DNA of 32,000 bases from Candidatus Saccharimonadota bacterium (GCA_001761425.1 CP012986.1:330001-362000), one strand, 5' to 3'; shown: positions 1 to 8,451, numbered from the stretch's first letter. Notes: generated from the letters alone by a model not told the origin. Numbers and translations: made by a program.

Positions 1-119
1 GGATAGCTGTCAACATCTACCCTTCCCAGAGAAAGAGACAGGAGATCAAGGCCTCGAATGTCGAAGCGGACAGGTTCCAAGATGTCACAGAGCAAATCCT
101 TAACATGACCCTCCGGTGA
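1..119 (+). CDS. C-terminal fragment of an upstream gene, product unknown
   Basis: Frame 3 is open from the window edge to TGA at 117-119 (...IAVNIYPSQRKRQEIKASNVEADRFQDVTEQILNMTLR*). It is absent from the ORF track because it has no start in the window. No family recognised. Confidence 0.3.
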   Translation, partial: IAVNIYPSQRKRQEIKASNVEADRFQDVTEQILNMTLR

Positions 120-128
120 AGAATAAAC

Positions 129-1049
129 ATGAAAGAAGAGATCATCGAAAGAGCCTCAGAACTGGCGGATCTGGCGCCGAGACAGCTCGAAAACGAAAGA
201 AAAGCAGCAGACTTGATCGAAAAAGAGGTAGAGGCCTTTGGTCCAGAGATTCAGAGATTCCAGATCCTGGTACCGGATTTCCAGGACTGGGGTCTGAAAG
301 CTGATGGCGAGGAGATCGAATGCCTTCCTTCAGGCCTTGAATCAGGGAAGATAAGGTCCAAAGCTCTTGTGAACTCTATACTGAACGGTCAGGGTTCGAT
401 GAACAGGCCTAACATCAGTTTCAATCCTTATGCGGAAGGTATCTCGGTTCCAAATTTCTACGAGGCTCCTTCCGTCGCTATTAGTCCTGAAGACGTTGAG
501 AAAGTGGTTGAGGCGAACGAGGTCGAAGGATATCTTGAGGTCGAATGGGAGAGCCACCAGTCCAGGAATATACTGGTCGGGAACTCTGAGGATCCTGACA
601 GGATAGTCATGACCCATTACGACAGTGTATGGGGAGGATTCATCGACAACGGCTTCACAGTCAGTCTTCTTATCCAGCTGCTGGATGAACTCGATCTGGA
701 AGAAAACCTGATTGTCTTTGCCGGAGCGGAGGAGATCTCACAGGAAAGCCCGTACCACTGCTACGGATACAGAAGATTCGAGGACGAATACATCAAACAG
801 ATCCAGGAAGCGGACGAAATCTTCCTCGCCGACTCGCTAGGCAGAAACACCCAGAAAGTCATAAAGCAACCAGAAATAGTGGAAAAAGCCATAGTCCTCA
901 ACAGGCCTGGCTACAGGGAAAAAGTCAGGTTCGTCGCTTCAGAGTACCACGAAGTCCTCGACATCTATCACTCACCGGAAGACACGAAACAGGCCCTAAA
1001 CAGCTACGAAGAAGCACTCGAACTCGTCAGAAAAGAACTAGGCCTCTGA
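129..1049 (+). CDS. M28-family metallo-aminopeptidase-like protein
   Basis: 306-aa ORF. Motifs occur in M28 order: MTHYDSVWGGFIDNGFTV (HxD...DNxxG), FAGAEEISQES (EE pair), and YHSPEDT near the C-terminus. Call is from motif recognition only. Confidence 0.5.
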   Translation: MKEEIIERASELADLAPRQLENERKAADLIEKEVEAFGPEIQRFQILVPDFQDWGLKADGEEIECLPSGLESGKIRSKALVNSILNGQGSMNRPNISFNPYAEGISVPNFYEAPSVAISPEDVEKVVEANEVEGYLEVEWESHQSRNILVGNSEDPDRIVMTHYDSVWGGFIDNGFTVSLLIQLLDELDLEENLIVFAGAEEISQESPYHCYGYRRFEDEYIKQIQEADEIFLADSLGRNTQKVIKQPEIVEKAIVLNRPGYREKVRFVASEYHEVLDIYHSPEDTKQALNSYEEALELVRKELGL

Positions 1050-1405
1050 ACCTCGCCCCAGAAACAGTTTTAAATTTTCTATTCCAGTTTCCTCCTATGG
1101 CTCAGAAGGGGGGATATTTTTGGAAGAATCTTTCCCGAAAAGAAAACGTTGACCGGGCAACAGGCCTCAAAGCCTGATGAAAATAATTCTTTGAGCCACA
1201 GCTTTCTCCAGATCTCTTCTGTAAGAAACGTTTCATGGCAGAGCTATCAATAAACGTTTCTACGGTTCAAGAATACTTCAATTGTTCTCAAAAGTTTTCC
1301 AGCTCCTGCTATATCGACTTGAAGGCCTGAAAGGCCCTTATGTTATTTAAAATTTTCTGACGTATATGTTGATGTGATCAAAGATGAGCACATCCGCTAA
1401 TTTGG

Positions 1406-2821
1406 GTGGACGTTTTTGGAATAGAGGACGTCCCGCAGTTGCTGGAAGGAGACGAGCTTGAACAGACTCACGAATCCTTCCAGCAACAGGTAAAAGATAT
1501 AGTTCAAAATCCTTCTAGATACGATAACCCAGAGGCCTTGAAAGCCGGTTTCGAAATGGAGTATACTCTACTCGACGGAAGCAACGGACAGGCCTCGGAA
1601 CAGGAACGTGACAGAATCAAGGAACGTGCTCCAGAAACTCTGGACTCTGAGCTTGCTGCATCAGTTATTGAGGCGAGGACAGATCCTGTGGTCCCTGAGT
1701 CTCTCGGAGATCTGGAGAAAGAGATGAGGGAGAAAGAGGCCTTGACCGCTGATTTTGCGGCTGAGGAAGGATTTGATCTACTCAGGTATGGTACAAATCC
1801 TTTTCCGACTGTCGAGGAGTTTGAGAGAAGTGGCGGAGAAGGCTCGCGTTATGACGTGTTTGCTTCCTTCCTGGATGAGAACAGGAACGACGATATGGTG
1901 ACCTCCAGCTTTGGGGAGAAAGAAAGTTTCGATCCACGTGATATCCATTACTCGGGTATGATCGCTTCTACCCAGACCAATCTCCAGGCCGGAGGCCTTC
2001 AGGATGCCGTGGACAAAGCCAATCTGGCCTACATGTTTATGCCGTACGCTGAGGCTATTGGAGGTAACGCCCGTATAATCGAGCAGAAGGATACTGGAGT
2101 CTCAGATATGAGAATCCCGCTCTGGAGGGCCTCCGCAGATTTTAGAAGTGATGAGGAATTTGAGAACGATGAAGAGCCGAGAGCAGGCAGGATAGATTCT
2201 TACTACGGTAAAGAAGAGGGAGACGACATCGAGGATTACTTTGAGCGTCTTGATCCAATTTACGTTGCCCCTGATGTTGATGAGGCTCCTGACGCTGTCG
2301 ACCAGGCGATCATGAACAACTGGAAGGATGTAAACATCAAGTTTGACCGTGAAAGAGGCAACGCAGTAGTGGAGATGAGGCCTTTCTCCATCCAGCCATC
2401 GATCAGGGAAGATCTGGCATTATCTGCGTTCATGATGGGCAGGATCGCCTACGCACAGGAAAATGGCGAAGAACTGACGGATATTGAAAAGGTGAACGAG
2501 AACAGGGAGAAAGCGATGTACAACGGTCTCGACACTGAACTATACGGTTCCTCCGGAGAGCTGGCGGACGCAACTGACGTCCTGGAGAACGAGCTGGATT
2601 ACGCACGTGAAGGCCTTGACTCTCTGAGTGTAGACTACGAAAACTTTATCGAAGATGAAGGAGATATCTTCGACGTGACTTTTGGAACACGGCTGAAGTA
2701 CGGTAAGACGCCCGGAGACAGGAGTGCAGAGGCCTACAACCAGAAAAGAAGGGAGATGGCTGATAGAGAAGCTCTCTCGGAAGTCATGAAGGATTACAGG
2801 GTCAGAGGTGAAACAGCTTGA
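1406..2821 (+). CDS. GCS2-like carboxylate-amine ligase (glutamate-cysteine ligase family 2-like)
   Basis: 471-aa ORF. GTG 1406 is the first in-frame start after TGA 1385-1387. GFEMEYTLLD near the N-terminus and VVEMRPFSIQPS later resemble conserved strands of GCS2/YbdK amidoligases, with long acidic inserts between them. The stop overlaps the next gene's start (TTGA 2818-2821). Confidence 0.45.
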   Translation: MDVFGIEDVPQLLEGDELEQTHESFQQQVKDIVQNPSRYDNPEALKAGFEMEYTLLDGSNGQASEQERDRIKERAPETLDSELAASVIEARTDPVVPESLGDLEKEMREKEALTADFAAEEGFDLLRYGTNPFPTVEEFERSGGEGSRYDVFASFLDENRNDDMVTSSFGEKESFDPRDIHYSGMIASTQTNLQAGGLQDAVDKANLAYMFMPYAEAIGGNARIIEQKDTGVSDMRIPLWRASADFRSDEEFENDEEPRAGRIDSYYGKEEGDDIEDYFERLDPIYVAPDVDEAPDAVDQAIMNNWKDVNIKFDRERGNAVVEMRPFSIQPSIREDLALSAFMMGRIAYAQENGEELTDIEKVNENREKAMYNGLDTELYGSSGELADATDVLENELDYAREGLDSLSVDYENFIEDEGDIFDVTFGTRLKYGKTPGDRSAEAYNQKRREMADREALSEVMKDYRVRGETA

Positions 2822-3588
2822 AGGTCGTAGAGAAAGGCGAAGGGAGTCCTGAAATCGCTGTAGTCGCATGTATGCATGGAGATGAAGTCTGTGGGAAGAA
2901 AGCGGTCGACCGTTTCCTTGGAAACGATTTCGAGATCCAGAGACCTGTCAAGTTGATAGTAGCGAATGAAGAAGCGATGGAGGACGAGGAAAGGTCCGTA
3001 AACACTGATCTGAACCGGTGCTTTCCAGGAAATCCGGAGAGCGACAGCCATGAGGAAAGACTGGCTGCTAAGCTGATGGAAGAGCTTGAAGGCCTGAAAA
3101 CTCTCACAATCCACTCCATGGAGGAGTTCGATGAAATGTTTTGCCTCGTCAATACAGTCGATGAAGATCTCATTTCCTCTCCGGGTGTCGAAAAAGCTGT
3201 GGATGTAGTACCACTGGACAAAGACAGTGTAGAGAAATACCTGGATGCTGTATCCGTCGAAGTCGGCGAGATCGGAACCGATCAGGCCTCAAAGAACGCT
3301 TACAAAGTTTTGTTGAACTTCCTGGCATATTTCGATGTTATAGACCGTGAGGAGTCAGAGCAAAGGCCTGAAATCTTCGAGATGTACGAAGCTGTTCCTG
3401 GGGACTACGAGTTCCTGGCTGAGAACTTCGAAAAAGTGGTGGAAGGAGAGAAGTTTGCGGAAAACGGGGAAGAGAAACTCAGAGCTAATGAGAGCTTCTA
3501 CCCGATACTGATGTCCACAGACGGCTACGATGAAATCCTCGGTTTCAAGGGGAGAAAACCTGAAAACGAATTAAAAGGTGAAAGGTGA
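2818..3588 (+). CDS. AstE/AspA-family zinc hydrolase (succinylglutamate desuccinylase/aspartoacylase-like)
   Basis: 256 aa. ACMHGDEVCG (HxxE zinc site), NTDLNRCFPG (D-x-NR-x-FPG) and a later LTIHSM His. A TTG start is needed to retain the conserved N-terminal strand. 4-nt overlap with the upstream ligase gene. Confidence 0.6.
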   Translation: MKVVEKGEGSPEIAVVACMHGDEVCGKKAVDRFLGNDFEIQRPVKLIVANEEAMEDEERSVNTDLNRCFPGNPESDSHEERLAAKLMEELEGLKTLTIHSMEEFDEMFCLVNTVDEDLISSPGVEKAVDVVPLDKDSVEKYLDAVSVEVGEIGTDQASKNAYKVLLNFLAYFDVIDREESEQRPEIFEMYEAVPGDYEFLAENFEKVVEGEKFAENGEEKLRANESFYPILMSTDGYDEILGFKGRKPENELKGER

Positions 3589-3598
3589 AATCTTCAGT

Positions 3599-4708
3599 AT
3601 GGCAGATATTGATCCATGGGGCGACGTTGAGGCCGGAAAATATGAAGAAAAGATGGAGAAGTTCGGGATAGAATCTATCGAGGAAGTTGCTGATAGACTG
3701 CCTGATCACAGATTCATCCGCAGAGGAATAATCTTCGGCCACAGAGGCCTTGACGACTTCCTGGACGCGCGAGATGAGGGAGATGAGTTCGCGATGATGA
3801 CAGGGATCATGCCGTCAGGAGTCTTCCACTTCGGCCACAAATGCGTCGTGGATCAGATCAAGATGTACAGGGAGATGGGCGCACAGGTAACAATCGCAGC
3901 AGCCGATATAGAGGCCTACAACACGCGGGATATGAGCCTGGAAGAAGCACGTAAACTTGTGATCGAGGAATACCTGAAGAACTATGTCGCGCTTGGCATC
4001 AATCTGGAGGAAGTCGATTTTTACTTCCAGTCAAAAGCTGGCAATAATCATCTGGCCAGAGCCGCGACCTTTAGCCGCTACCTAACTCAAAATGAGATGG
4101 AGGCAACGTACGGATCAGCAGATCCAGGTAAAATGTCAGCTGCCCAGGTACAGTACGCAGATATTTTGAGACCCCAGTTCCCGGAGAACGCAGGGCCTAA
4201 ACCTACCGTCGTACCTGTTGGCGTTGACCAGGACCCGCATATCCGGTTGACACGTGAAGTGGCATCGAAATACAGGGAACAGAATTTCCAGAAACCAGCT
4301 TCCACATACAACAAGTTTATGAGAGGCCTTCAGGGCGGGAAAATGTCCTCAAGTAAGCCAAAGAGCTACATCGCCTTGACAGATGACATCGAAGATGCGA
4401 AGGAAAAGATAGATCAGGCGAAGACCGGCGGTCAGGACTCGCTGGAAGAACACAGGGAGAAAGGAGCGGATATCGAGGAAGACATGGTGTTCGAGCTTCT
4501 GGCCTTCCACCTAATTGAAGACGATGACGAGCTTCAGAGGATCCGGAAGGAATACGAGTCTGGTGAGATGCTTTCCGGAGAATTAAAGCAGATCGCGAAG
4601 GACAGATTAGAGGAGTTCCTCGAGGAGCATCAGAGGAAGCGCGAAGAAGCTTCTGAAGAGGTTGAACAGTATATTGAGGAGAACTTTGAGTTCGGCATCA
4701 GTCCGTAG
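3599..4708 (+). CDS. trpS: Tryptophan--tRNA ligase, archaeal/eukaryotic type
   Basis: N-terminal DIDPWG...KFGIE, HIGH-type motif PSGVFHFGH, VPVGVDQDPHIRLTREVA, and KMSSSKP (KMSKS). ATG 3599 is preferred. The track's GTG 3578 would overlap the upstream gene and is an alternative start. Confidence 0.85.
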   Translation: MADIDPWGDVEAGKYEEKMEKFGIESIEEVADRLPDHRFIRRGIIFGHRGLDDFLDARDEGDEFAMMTGIMPSGVFHFGHKCVVDQIKMYREMGAQVTIAAADIEAYNTRDMSLEEARKLVIEEYLKNYVALGINLEEVDFYFQSKAGNNHLARAATFSRYLTQNEMEATYGSADPGKMSAAQVQYADILRPQFPENAGPKPTVVPVGVDQDPHIRLTREVASKYREQNFQKPASTYNKFMRGLQGGKMSSSKPKSYIALTDDIEDAKEKIDQAKTGGQDSLEEHREKGADIEEDMVFELLAFHLIEDDDELQRIRKEYESGEMLSGELKQIAKDRLEEFLEEHQRKREEASEEVEQYIEENFEFGISP

Positions 4709-4710
4709 GG

Positions 4711-4733
4711 AGGCCTTAAACAGTTAAAGGCCT
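4711..4733. repeat. Inverted repeat built from two AGGCCT copies (AGGCCTTAAAC-A-GTTAAAGGCCT)
   Basis: 11-nt arms with one mismatch, starting 3 nt after the trpS stop (TAG 4706-4708) and 20-42 nt upstream of ATG 4753. Confidence 0.5.
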
Positions 4734-4752
4734 CTGTAACAATTTTTTCTTT

Positions 4753-5562
4753 ATGCTTCCGGAGCTGATTTACAGGGAGGAGCAGGAAGATAATTTCTTT
4801 TTGCTGTTTGCTATGGGCCTAGTCTCTTCTGTTCTAGGTTTTGGCCTTGCTCTACTGGTCTTTCCCTCCCATGTTTCTCTGCTTTCTGTGGTTTTCGCTG
4901 CTATTCCTTTAATGTATCCTCTTACGAGGACTTTTCTGGAGGACGAGAGGGCTGGAAGGCCTCATGTCGACGAAGTACTGATCTACGGGGCTCTCTTCGC
5001 TGGGGAGGTTCTTGGTTTTTTCCTCCTGTCTTTGACCGTATCTTCTCAGGATCTGAACCAGTTCTATCTGCAGATCAGCCATTTCTCTGAAGTTTTGGAG
5101 AAGATGGGAGTGACTATGGTTGGAGGAGCCGATATTTCCGCTTTAACACGTACAGGAGCTACTGGTGCGGCTACTGGAGGCCTTCAACTCCTGGGTATAT
5201 TCTTTAATAATCTTCTTGTTTTCCTGCTGATCTTTGCGGTTTCTGTGCTTGTCAGCTCTGCAGGTGCGTTCATTCTAGTATGGAACGCTTCTGTCCTGGG
5301 AGTATTCCTTGGTATACTGACAAGCAAGCTTCCAGGAATGAAGGTATTGACAGGAACGGAGTCTATACCGAGTCCTGTGGCTTATGTTCCTCATGCAACC
5401 TTTGAGATGACAGGTTTCATCATAGCAGGCATATCAGGATCTCTGGTCTCCGCTGCGATCTACAGACAACATTTTGACAGTGAGACATGGAAAGATTATG
5501 GTAAACTTCTAGGCCTCGGACTTGTATGTATTTTCGTCGGTGCTGTGGTTGAAGGCCTTTGA
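4753..5562 (+). CDS. Polytopic membrane protein, SpoIIM/DUF95-like
   Basis: 269 aa with about 6 hydrophobic spans. The HATFEMTGFIIAG segment resembles the conserved SpoIIM-family helix. A TTAAA-type box lies about 27 nt upstream. Confidence 0.45.
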   Translation: MLPELIYREEQEDNFFLLFAMGLVSSVLGFGLALLVFPSHVSLLSVVFAAIPLMYPLTRTFLEDERAGRPHVDEVLIYGALFAGEVLGFFLLSLTVSSQDLNQFYLQISHFSEVLEKMGVTMVGGADISALTRTGATGAATGGLQLLGIFFNNLLVFLLIFAVSVLVSSAGAFILVWNASVLGVFLGILTSKLPGMKVLTGTESIPSPVAYVPHATFEMTGFIIAGISGSLVSAAIYRQHFDSETWKDYGKLLGLGLVCIFVGAVVEGL

Positions 5563-5568
5563 GTGTTT

Positions 5569-6297
5569 CTAGAAAGCTGTCTGGTTTGGATACGTCACTA
5601 TACCGTTGTTTGTAATCTTCAGTGGGTGTATGTCTGACGAGTGGTCCGTACGGCGCATCTTGAAGACTTCCAGGGTTCTTGTTCTGGAGGATTCGGTTCT
5701 TTCATTTCCCAGGAGCAGGACTCCGTCAGCCACGAACTCTACGATCTGGTACTTTGATACCTGGCGCTCTCCGCCGGTGTAGGGGATCTCGGCCAGCAGG
5801 CATGCCGTACATTCCTGTTCTCTCAAAAACTGGGCGATCTCTGAAACCTTCTCTCTTCTGAGAGGTGAGGAATCGAAGACCATCGCAAACTTGGTGATAG
5901 AGTCAAGAACAACTCTGTCAGGTTCATACTGCTCGATCTGTCTCTTGAAAGCATCGATGAACCTGTCAGGCTCGAATACATCTCCTCCAGAACCTTCACG
6001 CATCAGGTTAAGCTCCTCGTGAAACTTCACGTTGCCAGCGACTCCCTCATCGTTCTCAAAGTCCATGTCAAAGTTCTTGCTTGTCTCAACGATGTTTCTG
6101 GCCGGCTCCTCCAGTGTAAAGTATATTCCTTTATCGTCATGATTCTTCGCGCCGTTATAGAGGAACTGGGTGGTCAAAGTAGTTTTACCTGCTCCAGACG
6201 TCCCGCTGACAACTATAGTATGTTCTTCAGGGATTCCACCGTTCAAAATCTGGTCGAGGCCTTGAACACCGGTCTTACATCTTGGGACTTCTGGCAT
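5569..6297 (-). CDS. KaiC/RecA-like single-domain ATPase (COG0467-type), canonical motifs
   Basis: GVQGLDQILNGGIPEEHTIVVSGTSGAGKTTLTTQFLYNGA (Walker A GxxGxGKT), RVVLDSITKF (Walker B), FKMRRTDHSSDIHPLKITNNGIVTY tail. Confidence 0.8.
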   Translation of the reverse strand: MPEVPRCKTGVQGLDQILNGGIPEEHTIVVSGTSGAGKTTLTTQFLYNGAKNHDDKGIYFTLEEPARNIVETSKNFDMDFENDEGVAGNVKFHEELNLMREGSGGDVFEPDRFIDAFKRQIEQYEPDRVVLDSITKFAMVFDSSPLRREKVSEIAQFLREQECTACLLAEIPYTGGERQVSKYQIVEFVADGVLLLGNERTESSRTRTLEVFKMRRTDHSSDIHPLKITNNGIVTYPNQTAF

Positions 6298-6405
6298 GTA
6301 TAACCCATGTCGTGTCTAAACTATTAAAGCTGGCCTCAAGACCAGGGAGGTTAGATATTATAAACAGCTGAATATCATTAATTCACATAGAGGTAAATCA
6401 AAAAC

Positions 6406-7098
6406 ATGGCAGGCGACAGAGTAAGCACAGGAGTTGAAGGCCTTGACGGGGCCATGGAAGGAGGTTTTCCCGCAAACTCTACAGTAATTCTAATGGGTTC
6501 TGACGGCACAGGAAAGGAATCGCTTGTCAACAAGTTCGTGTATCAAGGCCTTGAGGAAGGAGAGGAATCGATGTATGTCACTCTTGACGGTTCTCCTGAT
6601 GATGTAAAGGATGATGCAGATTACTACGGATGGGATTTCACAGACCACGACGACAGAATCGTATTCGTAGACGGCTACTCCTGGCAGGCAGGGGGAAGCG
6701 ATGAACAGTTCGCACTCGACGGTCTCTCGGACCTTAACCAGATGAACATGACATTTACAGACGCTTTGAACGCGCTTGGAAATGAGTCCAAACGTGTGGC
6801 CATCCATTCGGCTTCCACACTACTTCTCTATACAGATCCGAAATCCGCTGTAAAGTTCCTTCAGGTTGTCGGTGCGAAGAGTTCAAGCTCTGGTGGTTGC
6901 CTGGTAATCACTCTGGAAGAAGGGATGCACGATGAGAAGACAGTTAACACAATAAAACACGTTGCAGATGGAGTGATCAAGACCAAGCTGGATGGAGACG
7001 ACAAAAAACTTTCAATACAGAGGATGGACAAGACAGACACCAGCAGAGACTGGAAAGACTTCGAAGTAGATGATTCAGGAGACATAACAGTTTCTTAG
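6406..7098 (+). CDS. KaiC/RecA-like domain protein with degenerate Walker A and B (probable pseudo-ATPase)
   Basis: GVEGLDGAMEGGFPANSTVILMGSDGTGKESLVNKFVYQGL has Glu in place of the Walker A Ser/Thr (GKE). RVAIHSAST has His where the Walker B Asp is expected. A KaiC-like tail is present (SIQRMDKTDTSRDWKDFEVDDSGDITV). Confidence 0.7.
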   Translation: MAGDRVSTGVEGLDGAMEGGFPANSTVILMGSDGTGKESLVNKFVYQGLEEGEESMYVTLDGSPDDVKDDADYYGWDFTDHDDRIVFVDGYSWQAGGSDEQFALDGLSDLNQMNMTFTDALNALGNESKRVAIHSASTLLLYTDPKSAVKFLQVVGAKSSSSGGCLVITLEEGMHDEKTVNTIKHVADGVIKTKLDGDDKKLSIQRMDKTDTSRDWKDFEVDDSGDITVS

Positions 7099-7203
7099 GA
7101 AAAGAAAGAAGTAAAGAATCTTCTGGACAGTTTAAGCAGCTTTTTCAGGCCTTTTACAGGCGTTACTAAGGTTAAAAATTCTTTCTGTTTGTTTTGAAGT
7201 AGA

Positions 7204-7211
7204 TTTATAAA
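7204..7211 (+). promoter_or_regulatory. TATA-like box (TTTATAAA) for the KaiC-like/GTPase fusion gene
   Basis: Centre lies about 27 nt upstream of ATG 7234 with no purine-rich SD between, consistent with a leaderless archaeal mRNA. Confidence 0.45.
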
Positions 7212-7233
7212 CCAGAGAAACTTAGTTGTGATT

Positions 7234-8397
7234 ATGTCTAAGGTTAAGCTGCCACTTGAGAGACTTAATGAGGCCCTGGATGGAGGAGTAGAGGAAGGTT
7301 CCAACGTTCTTATACTAGCAGATCTGGCTGTAGACAAGTCAAAGTTCGCTTCTGCACTTGTTAACTACAGGCTAGATGAAGATGACAACCTGGTCTACTT
7401 CGTTAACAACAGGATGCCACAGTATATCAATGAGAGGATAGATAGTGAAAGAGCTGACGGTGAGACAGCTGTAATCGATGGATTCTCTTCAACACTGAAT
7501 AAAGAGTCAGAGGAAAGATTCAAGATCGATAAGGATCTCAAGGCAGACAGATCAGAATACCTCCAAGAATCCAAGGAAACAACAAAAGAGGCCTTGGAGG
7601 AGCTGGAGGACTGGGGAACAACCTACGTAATGGATTCTCTGGACACGTTCGCAGGTCAGTGGGAAGAAGTAGAGGACTTCGTAGACGAAATAGGTCCTGT
7701 AGCAGAAGATACTCTGGCAGTAAACTACTACTTCCTTCCAAACCTCGGATTCGAGGAAGACGACGATATAGAAAGACTGAAAGAAATATTCGACTACGTA
7801 ATACATCTCAAAGGCCTTGAAAGGTCGGGAATCGTACTAAAGTATATCGATATCAGAAAACCGGATATTGAGACAAAAGTTCCTTTCGACATCACACCGG
7901 AAGGCCTTGTCATGTATGTGCCTAAGATGCTTGTAACCGGGCCTTACGATGCAGGAAAATCTACCACTGTACAGAATATGTCTGAGGAGGCAGTATCTGT
8001 GGACAGACTTGGAACCACTGTCTCTCTGGATCATGGACAGGTCGAGAGAAATGGCCTGAAAGCTGAACTGTTCGGTACACCCGGCCAGAAACGTTTCGAC
8101 TGGGCGCTTGATTTCCTCGGCAGAAGCATCTTCGGATGTTTCATTGTAGTGGATTCCAGGGATCCTAACTATGAGAGAGTCCGGAAGCTGAAAGAGGATC
8201 TGGAGGCTGAGGAGTTACCGTTCATCATACTTGCCAACTTCCAGAACAAGGATGATGCCCTGTCTCCTGATGAAATCCAGGACGAGCTGAGTATCAAAAC
8301 AGTCGGAATCGATGCCAAACACGATGAAGGCCTTGATCAGGCACTCCAGTCGCTTATGGAGGAAATCCTGAGCAGGCATTCGTGGTATTACACATAG
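7234..8397 (+). CDS. Fusion protein: degenerate KaiC-like domain plus MglA/CvnD-type (COG2229-like) small GTPase
   Basis: N-terminal ~230 aa have a KaiC-like layout (LNEALDGGVEEGSNVLILADLAVDKSKF, TYVMDSLDTF, LKYIDIRKPD...FDITPEGLVMY) but no GK[ST]. The C-terminal ~155 aa (from ATG 7927) form a GTPase with G1 GPYDAGKST, G3 FGTPGQ (Thr instead of Asp, as in MglA-type GTPases) and G4 NKDD. ATG 7234 preferred over GTG 7228. Confidence 0.7.
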   Translation: MSKVKLPLERLNEALDGGVEEGSNVLILADLAVDKSKFASALVNYRLDEDDNLVYFVNNRMPQYINERIDSERADGETAVIDGFSSTLNKESEERFKIDKDLKADRSEYLQESKETTKEALEELEDWGTTYVMDSLDTFAGQWEEVEDFVDEIGPVAEDTLAVNYYFLPNLGFEEDDDIERLKEIFDYVIHLKGLERSGIVLKYIDIRKPDIETKVPFDITPEGLVMYVPKMLVTGPYDAGKSTTVQNMSEEAVSVDRLGTTVSLDHGQVERNGLKAELFGTPGQKRFDWALDFLGRSIFGCFIVVDSRDPNYERVRKLKEDLEAEELPFIILANFQNKDDALSPDEIQDELSIKTVGIDAKHDEGLDQALQSLMEEILSRHSWYYT

Positions 8398-8451
8398 GTG
8401 GGAAAAATGAAACTCTTTAAAAAATATCAAGACCTAATACAGGTATAGAAC

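Noticed and set aside
116-617. ORFs 116-304 (+) and 342-617 (-) overlapping the M28-like gene
   Set aside because: These are alternative-frame or antisense ORFs with Arg/Ser-rich products. The 129-1049 frame carries the peptidase motifs.
1102-1236. 44-aa basic minus-strand ORF (MKRFLQKRSGESCGSKNYFHQALRPVARSTFSFRERFFQKYPPF) in the 355-bp spacer
   Set aside because: No family recognised and no well-spaced TATA box. Its basic composition is unlike the neighbours. It cannot be distinguished from chance without conservation or expression data.
2540-3221. Minus-strand ORFs 2540-2869, 2794-3114 and 2802-3221
   Set aside because: They lie antisense to the ligase and AstE-like genes and give Ser/Leu-rich low-complexity products.
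3578-3598. GTG 3578 as the trpS start (track ORF)
   Set aside because: It would overlap the AstE-like gene's last codons and add MKGEIFS before the conserved archaeal TrpRS N-terminus. ATG 3599 is more plausible, but the GTG start cannot be excluded.
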